Shown here piece by piece: positions 46,836 to 59,270 of a DNA stretch of 64,000 nt. This DNA is from Lepidodermella squamata (Eukaryota; Animalia; Gastrotricha). The notes below the pieces were generated by a model. The model saw only the letters and a list, made by a program, of their open reading frames with translations, was not told the DNA's origin and searched no databases. Location of the stretch: positions 186,001 to 250,000 of the forward strand of contig JBLDXI010000018.1 in NCBI GenBank assembly GCA_047495785.1, read 5' to 3'. A program made the translations under genes and the position numbers. Position 1 is the stretch's first letter. The number at the start of each line of letters is the position of its first letter.

Positions 46836-49358
46836 TCATTCCACCGTCGAAGAAGAAGCCGAGATTGAAATGGAGACGTCAGAAAAGCTCGGACTCAGAA
46901 ATGATGGTTCATCATTCTCGAGTTTGACAGCCACAACGGGGTTCGTCAGTTCGTCATCCGTTGAGCTAGAGTGGCTACTCAGAAAAATAACCGACGACGC
47001 AACATCCGATTCCGAATCGGTCGACGTTGAGCTACTCGATTCAGATCGGTCCGACGAAGAATCTCTGAAATCGGGTCCATGACCGTCCGAAATCGCTGGA
47101 ATAGTAGAATTTCCGAATTTGCCAGAGTCAATAAATCCGGTTTCAGAAACAGTTTCGGGTTTTTCCGGGGGGCTAGAAAATCCAGGTTCGGCTTCTATTG
47201 TCATTCCGGATTCCGGAATAGTAGGCGCTACCTGGTGAAACCCGATATCGGATTTTTGACATATCTCGGTCAATTCAGGTCCAACATTGATCAAGGACTC
47301 GATATTTCTAGCAAATCCATTGATACCATTTTTAGGGAATTTCTGGGTATCAGGTTCGGCAACCGGTTTGTATTTCCCGGGTTCTGAAAGGCTCTGCGAG
47401 AGTAGTTTAGGAACAAAACCATTTTTCCCGTTTTCGGCAGTTTCGGCTTTTTCGGGTATTACCGAGTCCGAGTCATTGTCAGTTAGTGTTGATTCAGACG
47501 ACGAAGCGTCGAACACGTGTTTTGGCTCTCGGTCCTGCTTGCATTCCGCCGATTTGCACATGCACGGCTGTTCGATGGGCAGCCCGCCGAAATAGTCGAA
47601 CGTCAACTCTTCGTGCGCGGCGATGTTCCGGCTGGCGAAAAAGGCAATGCGCGGCAGTTCTGGATGCACGCAGTCGACAAAAACAGCCTGCGGCACGAGG
47701 TTAGCATCTCCGCACCGCGAGTTGATGAAACGCGCGATGTTGCCGTACTGGTAGGCGTTGATGACGTAGGCAGGGCACTGCTCGATGTTGAAGTCTATGT
47801 CGAACAGGTAACGCTTAGCTACATTTTTCTCCAACTTGAGGCTCGATTTTTTCGAAATCACTTCACCTAAAAATAGGTTAAAAATAGTTTTACAATATTT
47901 CGGCAATTTAAAAAATGAAATTTTTACAGAAATTGTATCAAGTCAAACTTTCGAACTTTTGCTGTTGAATTGAGTTGAAAAGTCAGCTCTCAGTTTATTT
48001 TATCATCAACACAAATGTAATGCTTCTCAGCGATGGAACGAGTTCTCCTTGCTCGAAACATTTGAGAAGGTTCTGCCTGGTCGAAAAAGTCACCAGCGCT
48101 AGCTTTCAAGAAGCAGCTAAGGTTTAGGACGAAACTGAGCGTTATGCTGACTCGCCTATCTTACAATGGATCACTGGAAATCGCTCGGATCTGGAGATTC
48201 GTGGTACTCACGAACGGTCACAATGTTGTAAAAACGAAATTCAAATAAATTCAAAAACGAAAATTGAATTTTGATTATAAGATTGATGACTGATTCCAGG
48301 TTTAACAATTCACTTACCGACATATTCCACCACAAATCGCCCCTTCTTGATCGGCCGCAGTGTTTTGACGCCCCAACCTCTGTCCCGAGTTTTGAACAGC
48401 AACAAAGGCACCGAAAGACCGTGCTGAACCACGCGGTTCGTGCAGTAGTAGTCGCACTCGCATAACGACGTGCATTCGTAGATAACTTGAGGATGCGGCA
48501 CCTTCTTCAGCGTGCCGTATCGCCTCGAGTGGTAGGCGAACGTGACTTGGCCCAGTTTCGGACAACAGTCAGACCGCTCCGAGCAGTAGCCGCCCTTCTC
48601 GCTGGAACACAGGCACTTCGTCACGGGTTCAGTGACGCATGACGCTGGCACGTCGTCCGAGTACAGGCAGTTTTTGATGTAGTGAAAACGCGCGGGTAAC
48701 AGATCATCGTCGACAGTGTTCTCGCAGGCTATAGTGAAGCGGACTGATGGGTCGGCGGATCCGGCAGATTCGATGCGTTCGATCTCACGCGCAAACTGGG
48801 CCCGTAGAAAGGCTGGTTTATCCGCGAATTCGCTCGGCAATCCGACTGGAAATTTCAGCGAAGGAGGAGGGAATAGTAGGTCAGGGTTCAACAGCTTTGC
48901 TGAAAACAAGAAAATTCGAAATAAACTGATAATGAGACAAGAAATGTGGGCAGAATTCATTGATACCCCACATTTTTTAGTTGGTAAAATATTCGAAAAC
49001 GACCCTGAATTGCATATTATATTATCGCATATTCACCTAATTCCGAGTTAATATCTTCAATGCCGATGTCAAGCAAATCGAAGACCTGTTGCATCCTGAC
49101 GACGAAATCCGCCCATTTCAAGGTCATGGTCAAGAATTTTGCTGACTCTTCGATTTCTTCACAACTCGGTTGCTTCTTTACGGACTCAACATCGACCGAG
49201 TCCAGCTTGTATTTTCTGCCCAGCTCAGATTTTTCACTCATTTTCTCTTCAAGCTCGTCAGGGTTAGTCAGCCAAGTGTAAACATCCGCGTAACGAGAGC
49301 CCAAGCCTTCTAAGATCGCTCGGGTCGCTTCGACTTTGTTGATTGGAATTTGACTCAT
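46836..49358 (-). CDS. SUV39/G9a-type pre-SET/SET/post-SET protein, paralogue A (~644 aa)
   Basis: Exons 49358-49037, 48899-48318, 47866-46836. Cys-rich pre-SET (IYECTSLCEC...CTNRVVQHG), RGWGVKT, FVVEYVGE, GNIARFIN, EELTFDY and post-SET CMCKSAEC. Confidence 0.85.
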
Positions 49359-50032
49359 GGTGACGCTTTCCCTAAAACAAGACGAAAATATGGTTTTAGG
49401 AAAACGATAATCACAAAACGATAGAGAAATTCTTTTCCTAGTTTAGACTATTCTTTCATCCGTTTGGTAACTCAAATTTTAGGAAGTTGAAATTGCAGAA
49501 AATTTGTAAGCGGAATAAAGACATAATTCCTTTTGCCCATTACATTGATTTTGTGGTCCTATTTGTTAACACCAAAATTACAAGCTGTCGATCATTTTCT
49601 GGGGGCGAAAAATGGCACTGCACGCGATCTCAATGTCGAAAATTTTTCGATTTTTCTCCTGGGTGCCACCATAAAATCGAATTCACTTCACATATAGAAA
49701 CGTACAGTGAAAACTTCTCCGCGACAGCACTGTTTCACTCTCTGAAATTTTCGATTTCAACACTCATCTAAAAAGTACGCAAACATAAAAACGAATAAAG
49801 TTCACTCGATATTAAGATAGATTTTACTCGAATTTAAATGCACAATAAAACGGCGGCGAGAAAATTTGTTTCGTTCAAATGTGAGCAATGATTGCGGCAA
49901 TTTTTTTCACAGGCAGAAAGAACGAGGAATTTATGCACACATACATACATAGATACATAATAGTACAGCTTGAATAAACATCAGCAGCATCAACAATTTT
50001 CAAAAAAATTAAACAATCAAAAATATCTTGCA

Positions 50033-53000
50033 TCAAATATGTAAAATGTCGGATTCGGACGATGATGAAATCACAACAACATCGGCTTGATCGGTTGAAT
50101 GCAGCTGCTTTTCCGGACTGGGCAGTTCTAAATCTTCTCCGTCATCGCTGTCCAAAATTATAGTTTTACTCGGCCGCGGCTCGGCGAAGCCGCTGTCATC
50201 CATATTTCTAGACAATTTCCGTTTCGCTTTGCCACTGCTGTGCTGGCTGCGCATTGAAAAATAATCACTCGTTGTCGATTCTCCGATTGAAATCGTCGAT
50301 TTCAGGTTCGTATTCGAGCGAGGCCGTTTCGGCGTCGATGCGATCGAGATGGGTTCGGCCATTCTGCAGTAGGACGAGCCGCACTGACACACTTGGCCGC
50401 TTGTCCTCAGCCCTTCGAAATAGTCGAAGGTCAACTCTTCAGAAGCGGCGATGTTACGACGGGCGAAAAACGCTATTCGAGGTAGCTGAATTGAAGAAAA
50501 AAAGAGAATTATTGATTTATTCAAAAAATTCAATCAAGAGCAAAGTTTCGAGTTTCGCTTACATTAGAATCAACACAATCGACGAAAACAGCTTGAGTGA
50601 TGAGGTTCGCATCGACACACCGCGAATTGATGAAACGAGCCAGGTTGCCGTACCTACGGGCGTCGATTAGAAACTGCGCCTTTCGCTCTTCGTTGTAGTC
50701 CAGTGCAAATGTGAAACAATTTGAAGGTTTAATCGCTGTCGGATCGCTGATTTCCAACACCTCGCCTAAAAAAATTCACAAAATATCTCATTCGCATTTT
50801 AAAATAAAATGTATCATATGCGCCAGAAAAATGTGGGCGCAATTTTGCGAATTTAGTCAACATTTTATTTCTAGTCAATTTCCTATTTCTAGCACACAAA
50901 TGGGTGATGCGCTAGAAGCTTCCATCTTCTGAAAGCCAGTTGATCAGGTCTCCACCGCGGCCCATCAAAACTGCAGCGGCTACAATTTCTGACTAACTAA
51001 ACTCAGCGCCTCAACTTCACAGCATTCAAGTACGCCAGCCCCAACTTCCACCAGTAAAATACGGGCGAAAAGGATTCACTTTTATTGACTCAATGCCGAA
51101 GACTCAATGCCAGCTTGACTCGAGTCCAAAAGTTGGCTCAAAATATACTAGTCGCTTTCAGATCTACTTTCACTTTCATTTATTTACACTCTGAATTTTA
51201 GGGTCTCATTGCTGCTCGCTTTTCATCGCTCTCAATTCCCATGATGAATCGCATGCCACCGGTCATCCACCGTATTATGCTCGATTCGCGAATTGCGGCG
51301 AAAAAGGCCATGTACAGGCAAATTTTGAATTTCGGATTAATAACCTCGCTGTATACATGGTGGACCAGTTTGTCAGCTTCGTCAACTCAGCCATGTTTTT
51401 CGGTAAATCGGTTGGTCGTCTGGCATTAGCCGAGGTTGTGAAAAAGCATCTGTCGCGACAGGTTTTCACCGCAAAAAATTCAGAAAAACGATTCCGTGAG
51501 ACAGATACTACAGAAGGAGAATAGCTTGGGCGCTTTACTAACACAAGTCAGAAACCTTTCGATATCGCTTGCAAGAGTTTACAGAGGCTGTGATGAGGCA
51601 GCACTGATCATGAAAGGAATGAAAGTGAACTATTTTCTATTCGTACCCGTGTGCGTGAAGATGCGTGAAAGTGCCGCCAGATAACTTTCCACGTGCGAAA
51701 TTTCCAAACAGCTTAATGTCGATCTCTACGATGAATTCTGCGAAGAGGCCCTGGAGGACGAACTACAAAATTCCGTGTTCTCAGCAATTTCTGACCTGGA
51801 AATTTTCCGTTGTGAAGCTAGAAAGCTTGAGTTGCCTCTGGCAAGATAATCATCCACCTTAATGGCTTGCAACTACGTGCGCTATCAAAATGCCTCCATT
51901 TTTCAACCAGATAAACATCGACCAGACTGTCAAGCTAGATTGACCTCGCTGCCCAGAGTAATAGTATGCCGATTTCATCAATGTTATTATCACCATTCGC
52001 GTTACTCTCTTCAACTCTCTATTCTCGTTATTGATTAATTTTCGTCGCATGGCCTAGCGTCGTGACCAATATTATATTATTCGAATTGTGCTAGGTTGTT
52101 CTTATTTTGGGTTTAATAAAAGTAACGTTTGATTAATTCGCGTCGTTCGCTACACAGCAGCACAATAGCGATGCCTGGTTATAGGAATCTGGGCCAAACC
52201 CCAGAATGCTGGAAAAATCAGCAACTGACGCGTCTAATTTCCCAACGCAATCAGCAAGTGTTACTCACAGTGCTACGATCGCTCCCAATCTAAATTAAAA
52301 CTGCTTTCATCTCATTTCCACGTCACTTCAAACTTTTAAATTCGAAGAAATCTATAGGTAGCTCATAGCTTCAAGTTGATTAGATTCATAGTTTTACATT
52401 TAAAAAAATTTAATCATGATTTCTCATAATTTTGTCGCAAAATTTTTGAAAATTTACCGCAAAATTCGATGACAAATTCGCCTTTCCGAATAGGCGCGAG
52501 AGTTCGAAGTCCCCAGCCGCGATTCCACGTCTTCTCGAGCAGCAGCGGCACTTGCAGCCCGTTTTGAACCACCCGGTTCGGACACGTACTCAAACACCGG
52601 CACAGCGCCGTGCATTCGTAAATAGCCTGCGTTCTATCGACGTCTCGCAACGTACCCAACTGGCAAGTCGAGTAAGGAAAATCCGCGATCCCAGCCATTT
52701 TCGGGCAGCATTTCGCCGAGTTTTCATTGCATAGCCCGCGGCACTGGCAGCCAACAACCGGTTCCAGCGCCGCTTTCGGCACTTTCTCGCCGTATCGATT
52801 CGATTTTATGTACGTGAAATCGTTGGGTAGAACTTCTTGGTCGAATCGATTTTCGCATGCAACAATTACACCCTCGATTTGTTGAATTTGACGTGCGAAA
52901 CAAGCGCGTTTAAATGCGGGCTGGTTGACGATAGACCGAGGTAGGCTGCTTCGATTCGGCACTGGGATGCGAAATTTCGGAAAATCGAGCACTTTACTGA

Positions 53001-53444
53001 GCAGCGGCTCGTCTTCGCCGAAAATTCTCCGCTGGGGGTCGAAAATTCGAACGCGGGATGCGAAGTATTCCCACGTTAACAAGTCGGCTATTCGACGAGC
53101 TGATTTCTCCAATATTTCGATGCTTGGAATCTGAATAAATTAAAAAAAATAGCTCGTCATTTTTAATCGAATCCTGCTGCCAAGTTCTCAATTTCAGCTC
53201 AATCCTCGATTGGCAAATGCCCCGAATCCCCGAATGGTACCTGATTTGCAGTGATATTACTGGCAGAGAAAGACAGCGAGCTCAAATGCGAAGAATCGTT
53301 GCGTTTGTTGAAACTGGCGAGAAAGACGTCACATTTCGGGCCGAGTCGCTGCAGCACGGCGAGCACCATCTCGAACACGCCCTGTTTGTCGGTTTCTAGC
53401 AACGGCTGCGGCGGCTCGACTTGGGCGGCCCGGTAGTTCAACAT
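50033..53444 (-). CDS. SUV39/G9a-type pre-SET/SET/post-SET protein, paralogue B (~510 aa)
   Basis: Exons 53444-53241, 53130-52458, 50765-50563, 50485-50033. Motifs IYECTALCRC...CPNRVVQNG, RGWGLRT, GNLARFIN, EELTFDY and CQCGSSYC. Confidence 0.85.
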
Positions 53445-53724
53445 CGTTGCGAAAATAAAAATATGGTAAATTAACCTAATTAAATTACAAAATTTGAAGG
53501 TGTGAAAATAGAATTCCGATAGATCAATACAAATCGATATGGTTGTGGTGACCCGGCGAAAACAATCCGGCGTGATAGATTAAAAATTTACACGAAAATG
53601 CAGTGGCGGTAATCGATAATGAGCGCAACACGCCTTCAAAGAACCATCTTGCTAACAAAATAAGAGCCGGTACACTCGATCAAAGTTTATATTCCAAGAA
53701 AAATAACGGTTTTCACCAACGAAA

Positions 53725-56366
53725 ATGGAGAGTGAAGCTCAATGGAAGGAGGTTATCGAATTCAGCAAACAAATCCACGCAATTGCCGAAAATGCCCTCA
53801 ACACGTAAATTATCCCCAAAACTATTTCATGCTATTTTATAATTTTTCGCTAATAGAAAATACGAAAATTCCGAGGAAATGCGGCCTCATTTGAAATCGG
53901 CCGAGATTTTTCTCGCGAATTTCAAATTATTGCTGAGTAAGAAAAATGAATGGACTGTGGCGAGAAAGAAGGCGGTTCAAACGGCGATGCAGCGCGTCAA
54001 ATTCACGGCTGAAATGGTCGACGGAATGAGAAAAGAAATCGAAAAAGACCGCGAACAGGTAAGGAAAAATTCAAATTTTTCACACCAATTTTTCTGAAAT
54101 TCTGAATTTTTCCCCAGATTAAAAAATTGGCCGAAGAAGCGCAGCAAGTTGCCGAAGGAATAAGCAAAGAAAAGGAAGAGGTGATCGCAATAAACCAAAA
54201 ACTTGCCGAGGAAGAGGCTGAAGAAAACGAGGTAACGGCCGCTTCTCGAAAACTGAAGGAAGAATGCGAACGCGAACTGGCCGACGTCATGCCGGCCATT
54301 GAGAAAGCCCTCCAATCACTCGATTTGATAAAACCGAAAGAAATCGCCGAAATTAAATCTATGAAAAATCCACCAGCAGTCATCAAATTCGGTAAATTAT
54401 CGCCCCATTGCCTAAACTTGATGTTTCATAATTTTCAATAATTTTCAGTTATCGCTGCGATTTGCGTGATGCTGGAGGTGGAACCTGAAGTGGCTAAAAC
54501 GCCCCAGCCACTCGTTGACCTGTACTGGAAGCCGTCTCAAAAAATGTTGGGAGATGTCAATTTCATGCGAAGACTTCGCGACTACGATAAGGACAATATT
54601 CCCGACAAAGTTCGAATTTTATACAAGTTTGGCCAATTTTAATTGATTTTTCAAAGGTCATGGAAATTTTACGAGCTGAGTTTTATGGGAAACCAGAATT
54701 CGAGCCAAGTCGAGTCGCTAGAGCTAGCCAAGCTGCAGAAAGTTTATGCAAATGGGTCGTTGCCATGGAAAAATACGATAAAGTCTCAAAGGAGATTCTA
54801 AAACCGAAGAAAGAAGCGCTATTAAAGGCTCAAGAACAACTCGGCCAGACTCTTCAAAGCATGAATACAAACCGGTCAAAACTGACAGTTCGCGAGCAAA
54901 AAGTGTTCGATCTGGAGACGAAGCTGAAAAAAGTCGAGGAGAAGAAAAAAGGCTTCGAGGATCAAATGGAGCAGAAAGACCGGGCCTTAGCCCGCGCTAA
55001 AGAGCTGATCGACGGTCTGACGGGTGAATCTGAGAAATGGTCACAAACTCTCGACGAATGCCGGTCAAGTTATGCAACTATGGTCGGCGATGCAATTCTT
55101 AGCTCGGCCTCGATTGTCTACCTCGGGCCATTGCCGCTAGAAAGCCGAGACGAAGTCATAAAATCCTGGGCTGAACTGATTGATACCTCAAAGGAGAAGA
55201 CGAAATGTTCTGAACCTTCGAAATTTTCACTGCATAAATTCGTGAATGATGGCTTGACCCTGGAATACTGGCGTGAGGCTGACTACCCTCAAGACCTGCT
55301 TTGGCTCGATAACGCGACAATTGTCACTCAGTTAGCCCAGCGACAGCCTTTCCCGTTATGTGTCGACCCTCTAGGGGCTGTGAATAAGTGGATAAAATAC
55401 TTGGAAAAGGACAACAGTCTTTCGGTTGCGAAACCAGGTGATGAAACAATGCTGGAAACGTTGAAGGAATGCTTGAAAAACGGCAAGCCAATGCTGTTGG
55501 AAGACGTCAATGAGCCGCTAGATGCTCAGCTGGACAATCTTTTGACGCGAAAAAGTGGAAAATCAACAGGTGCGACATTATAATTCACACTTTTTAAGAT
55601 TTCTCATAAAAAAATGTTACTTGATTTTACAGAAGGGAACGGTAATTTAAAAGCTTTGATACTAGCCTTTCTCTACTGAAATTTTCAGCTTAATCTGTAG
55701 CTTGACTCTAAATTTCTTTTCATTACATTTTCCTTAATTTCTTCTCAGCTGCTGAAACTTGCAAAATTGGCGAAGAAGAGATCAAGGTTCATAAGGATTT
55801 TCGGTTTTACATGACGAGCCGGTTGCGTTGTGTCAAGCCGTTTCACTTCTACAAACCCGACGAAGAAGCTGAGCGAGAGGCGAATTTCGCCTTGGTCAAT
55901 TATGTTCCACCCAACCCTGAAAGCGCCGCCCTCGAGCATGCTCTGTTATCCGGCGTTGTCTCAAAGGAAAAGTAAGATTGATAACTCAATTTAATTTCTT
56001 GGAAATATTTGCAAAAAATTTAGGAAAAAATTGGAGGCTGAAAGACTGGCTACGATAGCCAAATTATCTCTCCATCGGTCGAAAATCATCAAAATTGGCG
56101 ATAAGGTGTTGGAAGTGCTTTCAAACCCGGCCGCCGGCCGCTTGATTTCAATCGAGATGACACTGGCTGTTTTGGAGGCGAAAAAGCCGCTCGTAGAAAT
56201 GCAAGAACAGGCGGCCGAGGACGAAGAGGCGATGAAGAAAATCGACTCGAGTTTGGACCCGTTCCGAAAACTGACCAACAAACTGGCGAAGAAAATTTGC
56301 ACTTACGATGACGATGACAGTTTGAAGCCATTCGATCTGGACGCTTTCATCAAAAAAGCTCTGTAA
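53725..56366 (+). CDS. Stand-alone truncated axonemal dynein heavy-chain-like protein (AAA4 lid, stalk/MTBD, AAA5, strut; ~734 aa)
   Basis: Exons 53725-53804, 53857-54058, 54118-54391, 54449-54609, 54657-55569, (55633-55641), 55749-55971, 56024-56366, with no stop or frameshift. Motifs EIAEIKSMKNPP, YWKPSQKMLGD..F...L.DYDKDNIP, ASQAAESLCKWV, LIDGLTGE..KW, PLCVDP, GKPMLLEDV.E.LD and DFRFYMTS. Confidence 0.82.
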
Positions 56367-56544
56367 AATCTACGATAGACAACAAAATGACATGCAGTTA
56401 ACTGCCAATACGTTTAATCAAAGTGTAAATAAGAATGCCATTGGTCGATTGAGCAATAATATGTAAGAAAACAATCACGAGTATAATCAGATTAGGTCAA
56501 TAAAAAATCATCAAAAAATGTCAGATTTCTTTGGGCACAACAAG

Positions 56545-58050
56545 TTACAATTTGGTGACTAGAAGTTCGCCAAAACTTTCAGATTGTTCCAGGGCAATAG
56601 CACCGGTTTTTACGCCGAACAGCAACGCGAGAAAAACGTCAGCAGCTTGAGATTTCGTAGTAGATTCATCGGGGCAGAATTCAGAAAATTGGCACATTGA
56701 ATTCGCATCACTAGTCGCTAGCCATAATTTAAACGAAGCAACCGGCGTTTCACCGCTTGAAAAATCGTAACTAGGCGGAGGCATGACCGGACTCATCGGC
56801 ATCTCCATCATTGGAATTTGCGGTTCTTCAAACGCAGCCGTGCTGTGGCCGCCTATTTCTGACGCAGTTTTACTTCGATCTTTTCGCTCGTTATTCGTCG
56901 GCAGATTCGTGGAAACTCGTAATGAACTGTTCGATCGAACTGAACGGCCTCGAGGCTCTTCAACAGTCTCATCGTTCGGCAAAGTTGTATGATTGACAAA
57001 GGTCATTTCATCGTCAACAATCATCGGCTGGTCGTTCAAGTCAACATTGCGACGGGCGAAGAAAGCCTCGATGAGATCAGCGTGAATTTCCAACGCATTC
57101 GACGGGAAATTTCGTTTCACAGTAAATTTGTGAGCGGTAAAACGATTTTCAGCCTCAAATGGACGAATAGGCGGCTTTGGGAGTTGGGAAAAACTCGCCA
57201 AATTATCAACAATAACAGCTCGTTTGACTGGGCCACGACGGCGAACAGTTCGCTTCTGTTCCTGTTCCTCTTCAACTTCAACAACAGGGGGCTGGTTCTC
57301 CTTTTCAGGCTCTTCCGGCATGAAAACAGGCGGATTTTCGTCCAATATCTGGCCGTATTGAGACGCAAAGGCTTCAGAGTCAGCCGGGACCCCTCGGTCA
57401 AACACCTGGTGATCGACATCCATCGCCGGCTGAGGTATAATCCCAAGCATTTCAAACGGGTCCATCGGGTCCATTCCGCCAAGATCAATTGGTTCATTCA
57501 AAGGGTTGTGCTGTGGTTCAGGCGGCGTCACAGGGCGATGCGTTTGATGAGATTCGAAGTCAGAAGTCATTTCGAAGTTGGGCGGGATTTGAAGATCCAT
57601 CATAAAAGGCGTGTTAATGTGCTGGAATAACAGAATGTCGGCTTCATTCGTTTGAGTAACTTCGATAACAGCTTCTTCGTCAATATTAGCCGTGGTGGTT
57701 GATTTCCCCCCTGCTGGACGCGATTGGCGGTGAAAAACCACGCTAACCATGGCTGAATTGACATCGTCAAGCAGGTAACAGTGCTGCTGAGAAAACACCT
57801 TCACCACGCCGTACATCAGTTGAGCAGATAAATAGAGTGAGAACTTGACGATGTCTTCTTGACTCGTGGTCAACTTCGGCCGACCCTTTGAAAAGCCAGA
57901 AACTTTGATGTGTTCGACGAGGAAATGGCACTGCTGAGGAATGTTAACGGAAATATAGTCTCGCTTCTTAAGCCCGGCTGGACGCGTTGCAGCAATCCAT
58001 ATCGTGCCAAATTTACCGCGCTTGGTGAGCAAATTTTTCTCGAAAAACAT
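56545..58050 (-). CDS. REC8: Meiotic kleisin REC8 (Rad21/Rec8 family), intronless, 501 aa
   Basis: MFF..NLL..RGKFGTIWIAAT, FSLYLSAQLMYGVVKVFSQQ (REC8-type) and the C-terminal winged helix KSQAADVF..LL...EQSESFGEL. Confidence 0.88.
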   Translation of the reverse strand: MFFEKNLLTKRGKFGTIWIAATRPAGLKKRDYISVNIPQQCHFLVEHIKVSGFSKGRPKLTTSQEDIVKFSLYLSAQLMYGVVKVFSQQHCYLLDDVNSAMVSVVFHRQSRPAGGKSTTTANIDEEAVIEVTQTNEADILLFQHINTPFMMDLQIPPNFEMTSDFESHQTHRPVTPPEPQHNPLNEPIDLGGMDPMDPFEMLGIIPQPAMDVDHQVFDRGVPADSEAFASQYGQILDENPPVFMPEEPEKENQPPVVEVEEEQEQKRTVRRRGPVKRAVIVDNLASFSQLPKPPIRPFEAENRFTAHKFTVKRNFPSNALEIHADLIEAFFARRNVDLNDQPMIVDDEMTFVNHTTLPNDETVEEPRGRSVRSNSSLRVSTNLPTNNERKDRSKTASEIGGHSTAAFEEPQIPMMEMPMSPVMPPPSYDFSSGETPVASFKLWLATSDANSMCQFSEFCPDESTTKSQAADVFLALLFGVKTGAIALEQSESFGELLVTKL

Positions 58051-59270
58051 TCTAAAACAAAGCAATATAGTTCAATACAGCAATGAAATAAGTATAACCA
58101 GGTACCAGGCTAAAATAGGATTGAACTACAACTTGAACAATTTTAAATTGATAGGTGCGCAGACAAAGAGAGATGCATACTAGTCGCATATTTAGTTCAT
58201 TAAACTGACGCATTTTCAGTTGGCGCATCAACAACGAACGTTTTTTACTATCTCCAATCCTGCCTCTAATTATGTTGCATCGAATCCTATTACCCATTTT
58301 TACCAATCTTGCGCCAATGATTTCAAAATAAGTAGGTGTCGAGCAGCATTCTTGAACAAGGAAAAACAATCGAGAATGGTTGATGGTTGGAACACAGTTC
58401 GAATGCGACTTGAGCACTGACTAAGCAGCCCAATTTCCCTCTACTTAAACTGTACTGATCATCGAGATTAAACAACTACAAAAATCTACTTCACTTCATT
58501 TGTCCCAACTACTCATCAGTTCTCCGAAAACCGCCGGAAATTAGAAAATTGCAAAAAAGCGCGGCAAATTCGATTTTTTGCACGTTTGTCCTAGACATAA
58601 ATTTTATATTGACTATTGCATAGTATTTTATTACTAAAAATAATGTACATAAGATGTTGCACAGTTAGATTTACATTAGAAAAATAGTGGGTTAGAAGCG
58701 TCTCTGGATCTATTTTCGACGGGTTCGCTCATGATCTTACCCAAAAGTCAGATCCGGAGTCGTGAATCGTGAAAGGTTCTTAGGCCATCTAAGATCTGAG
58801 AACTGTTGTTTTAGCTCCAGCCTTTCCCCCTTTCCACTTACGGCCTGCGGATTTTACACGTTACACCTTTCGTTTTTTGTTTTTTTTGCGCCATGCGCTA
58901 CATAGCTTTTTTCAATTTCGTTCACCATGAGGTCAGTATTGAAGAGCTTCTAGTTTGCAGCAACAGTCACCACATTGGCTTTTGTAGAAGCAAGTGCTAA
59001 AATATTTTCATCGCGCACTTTTGCAAATATCGAAAATAGCATTTTCTGGCAATGTATATTGCGGGTAACTTCGCCTGTCGAAAGTCGGAGGATGAAGGAT
59101 GATGTACAACTTACAACTTTCATCATAACTACTTAATTAAGTTTAAACCTAGTTCCTAGTTTTGTTCAATTCGCTCTTATCCTTGTGCGTATTATTATGA
59201 TCAATGTTTTTATATGTTAGTTAATTGTGAATCCACATTTGGCATGCAGGTTGGATGCCATATTAGTCAT

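Noticed and set aside
50900-52300. Short ORFs in the long intron of SET-B
   Set aside because: Broken frames with no assignable domain.
56989-57630. 213-aa plus-strand ORF
   Set aside because: Antisense to REC8, with no independent coding signal.
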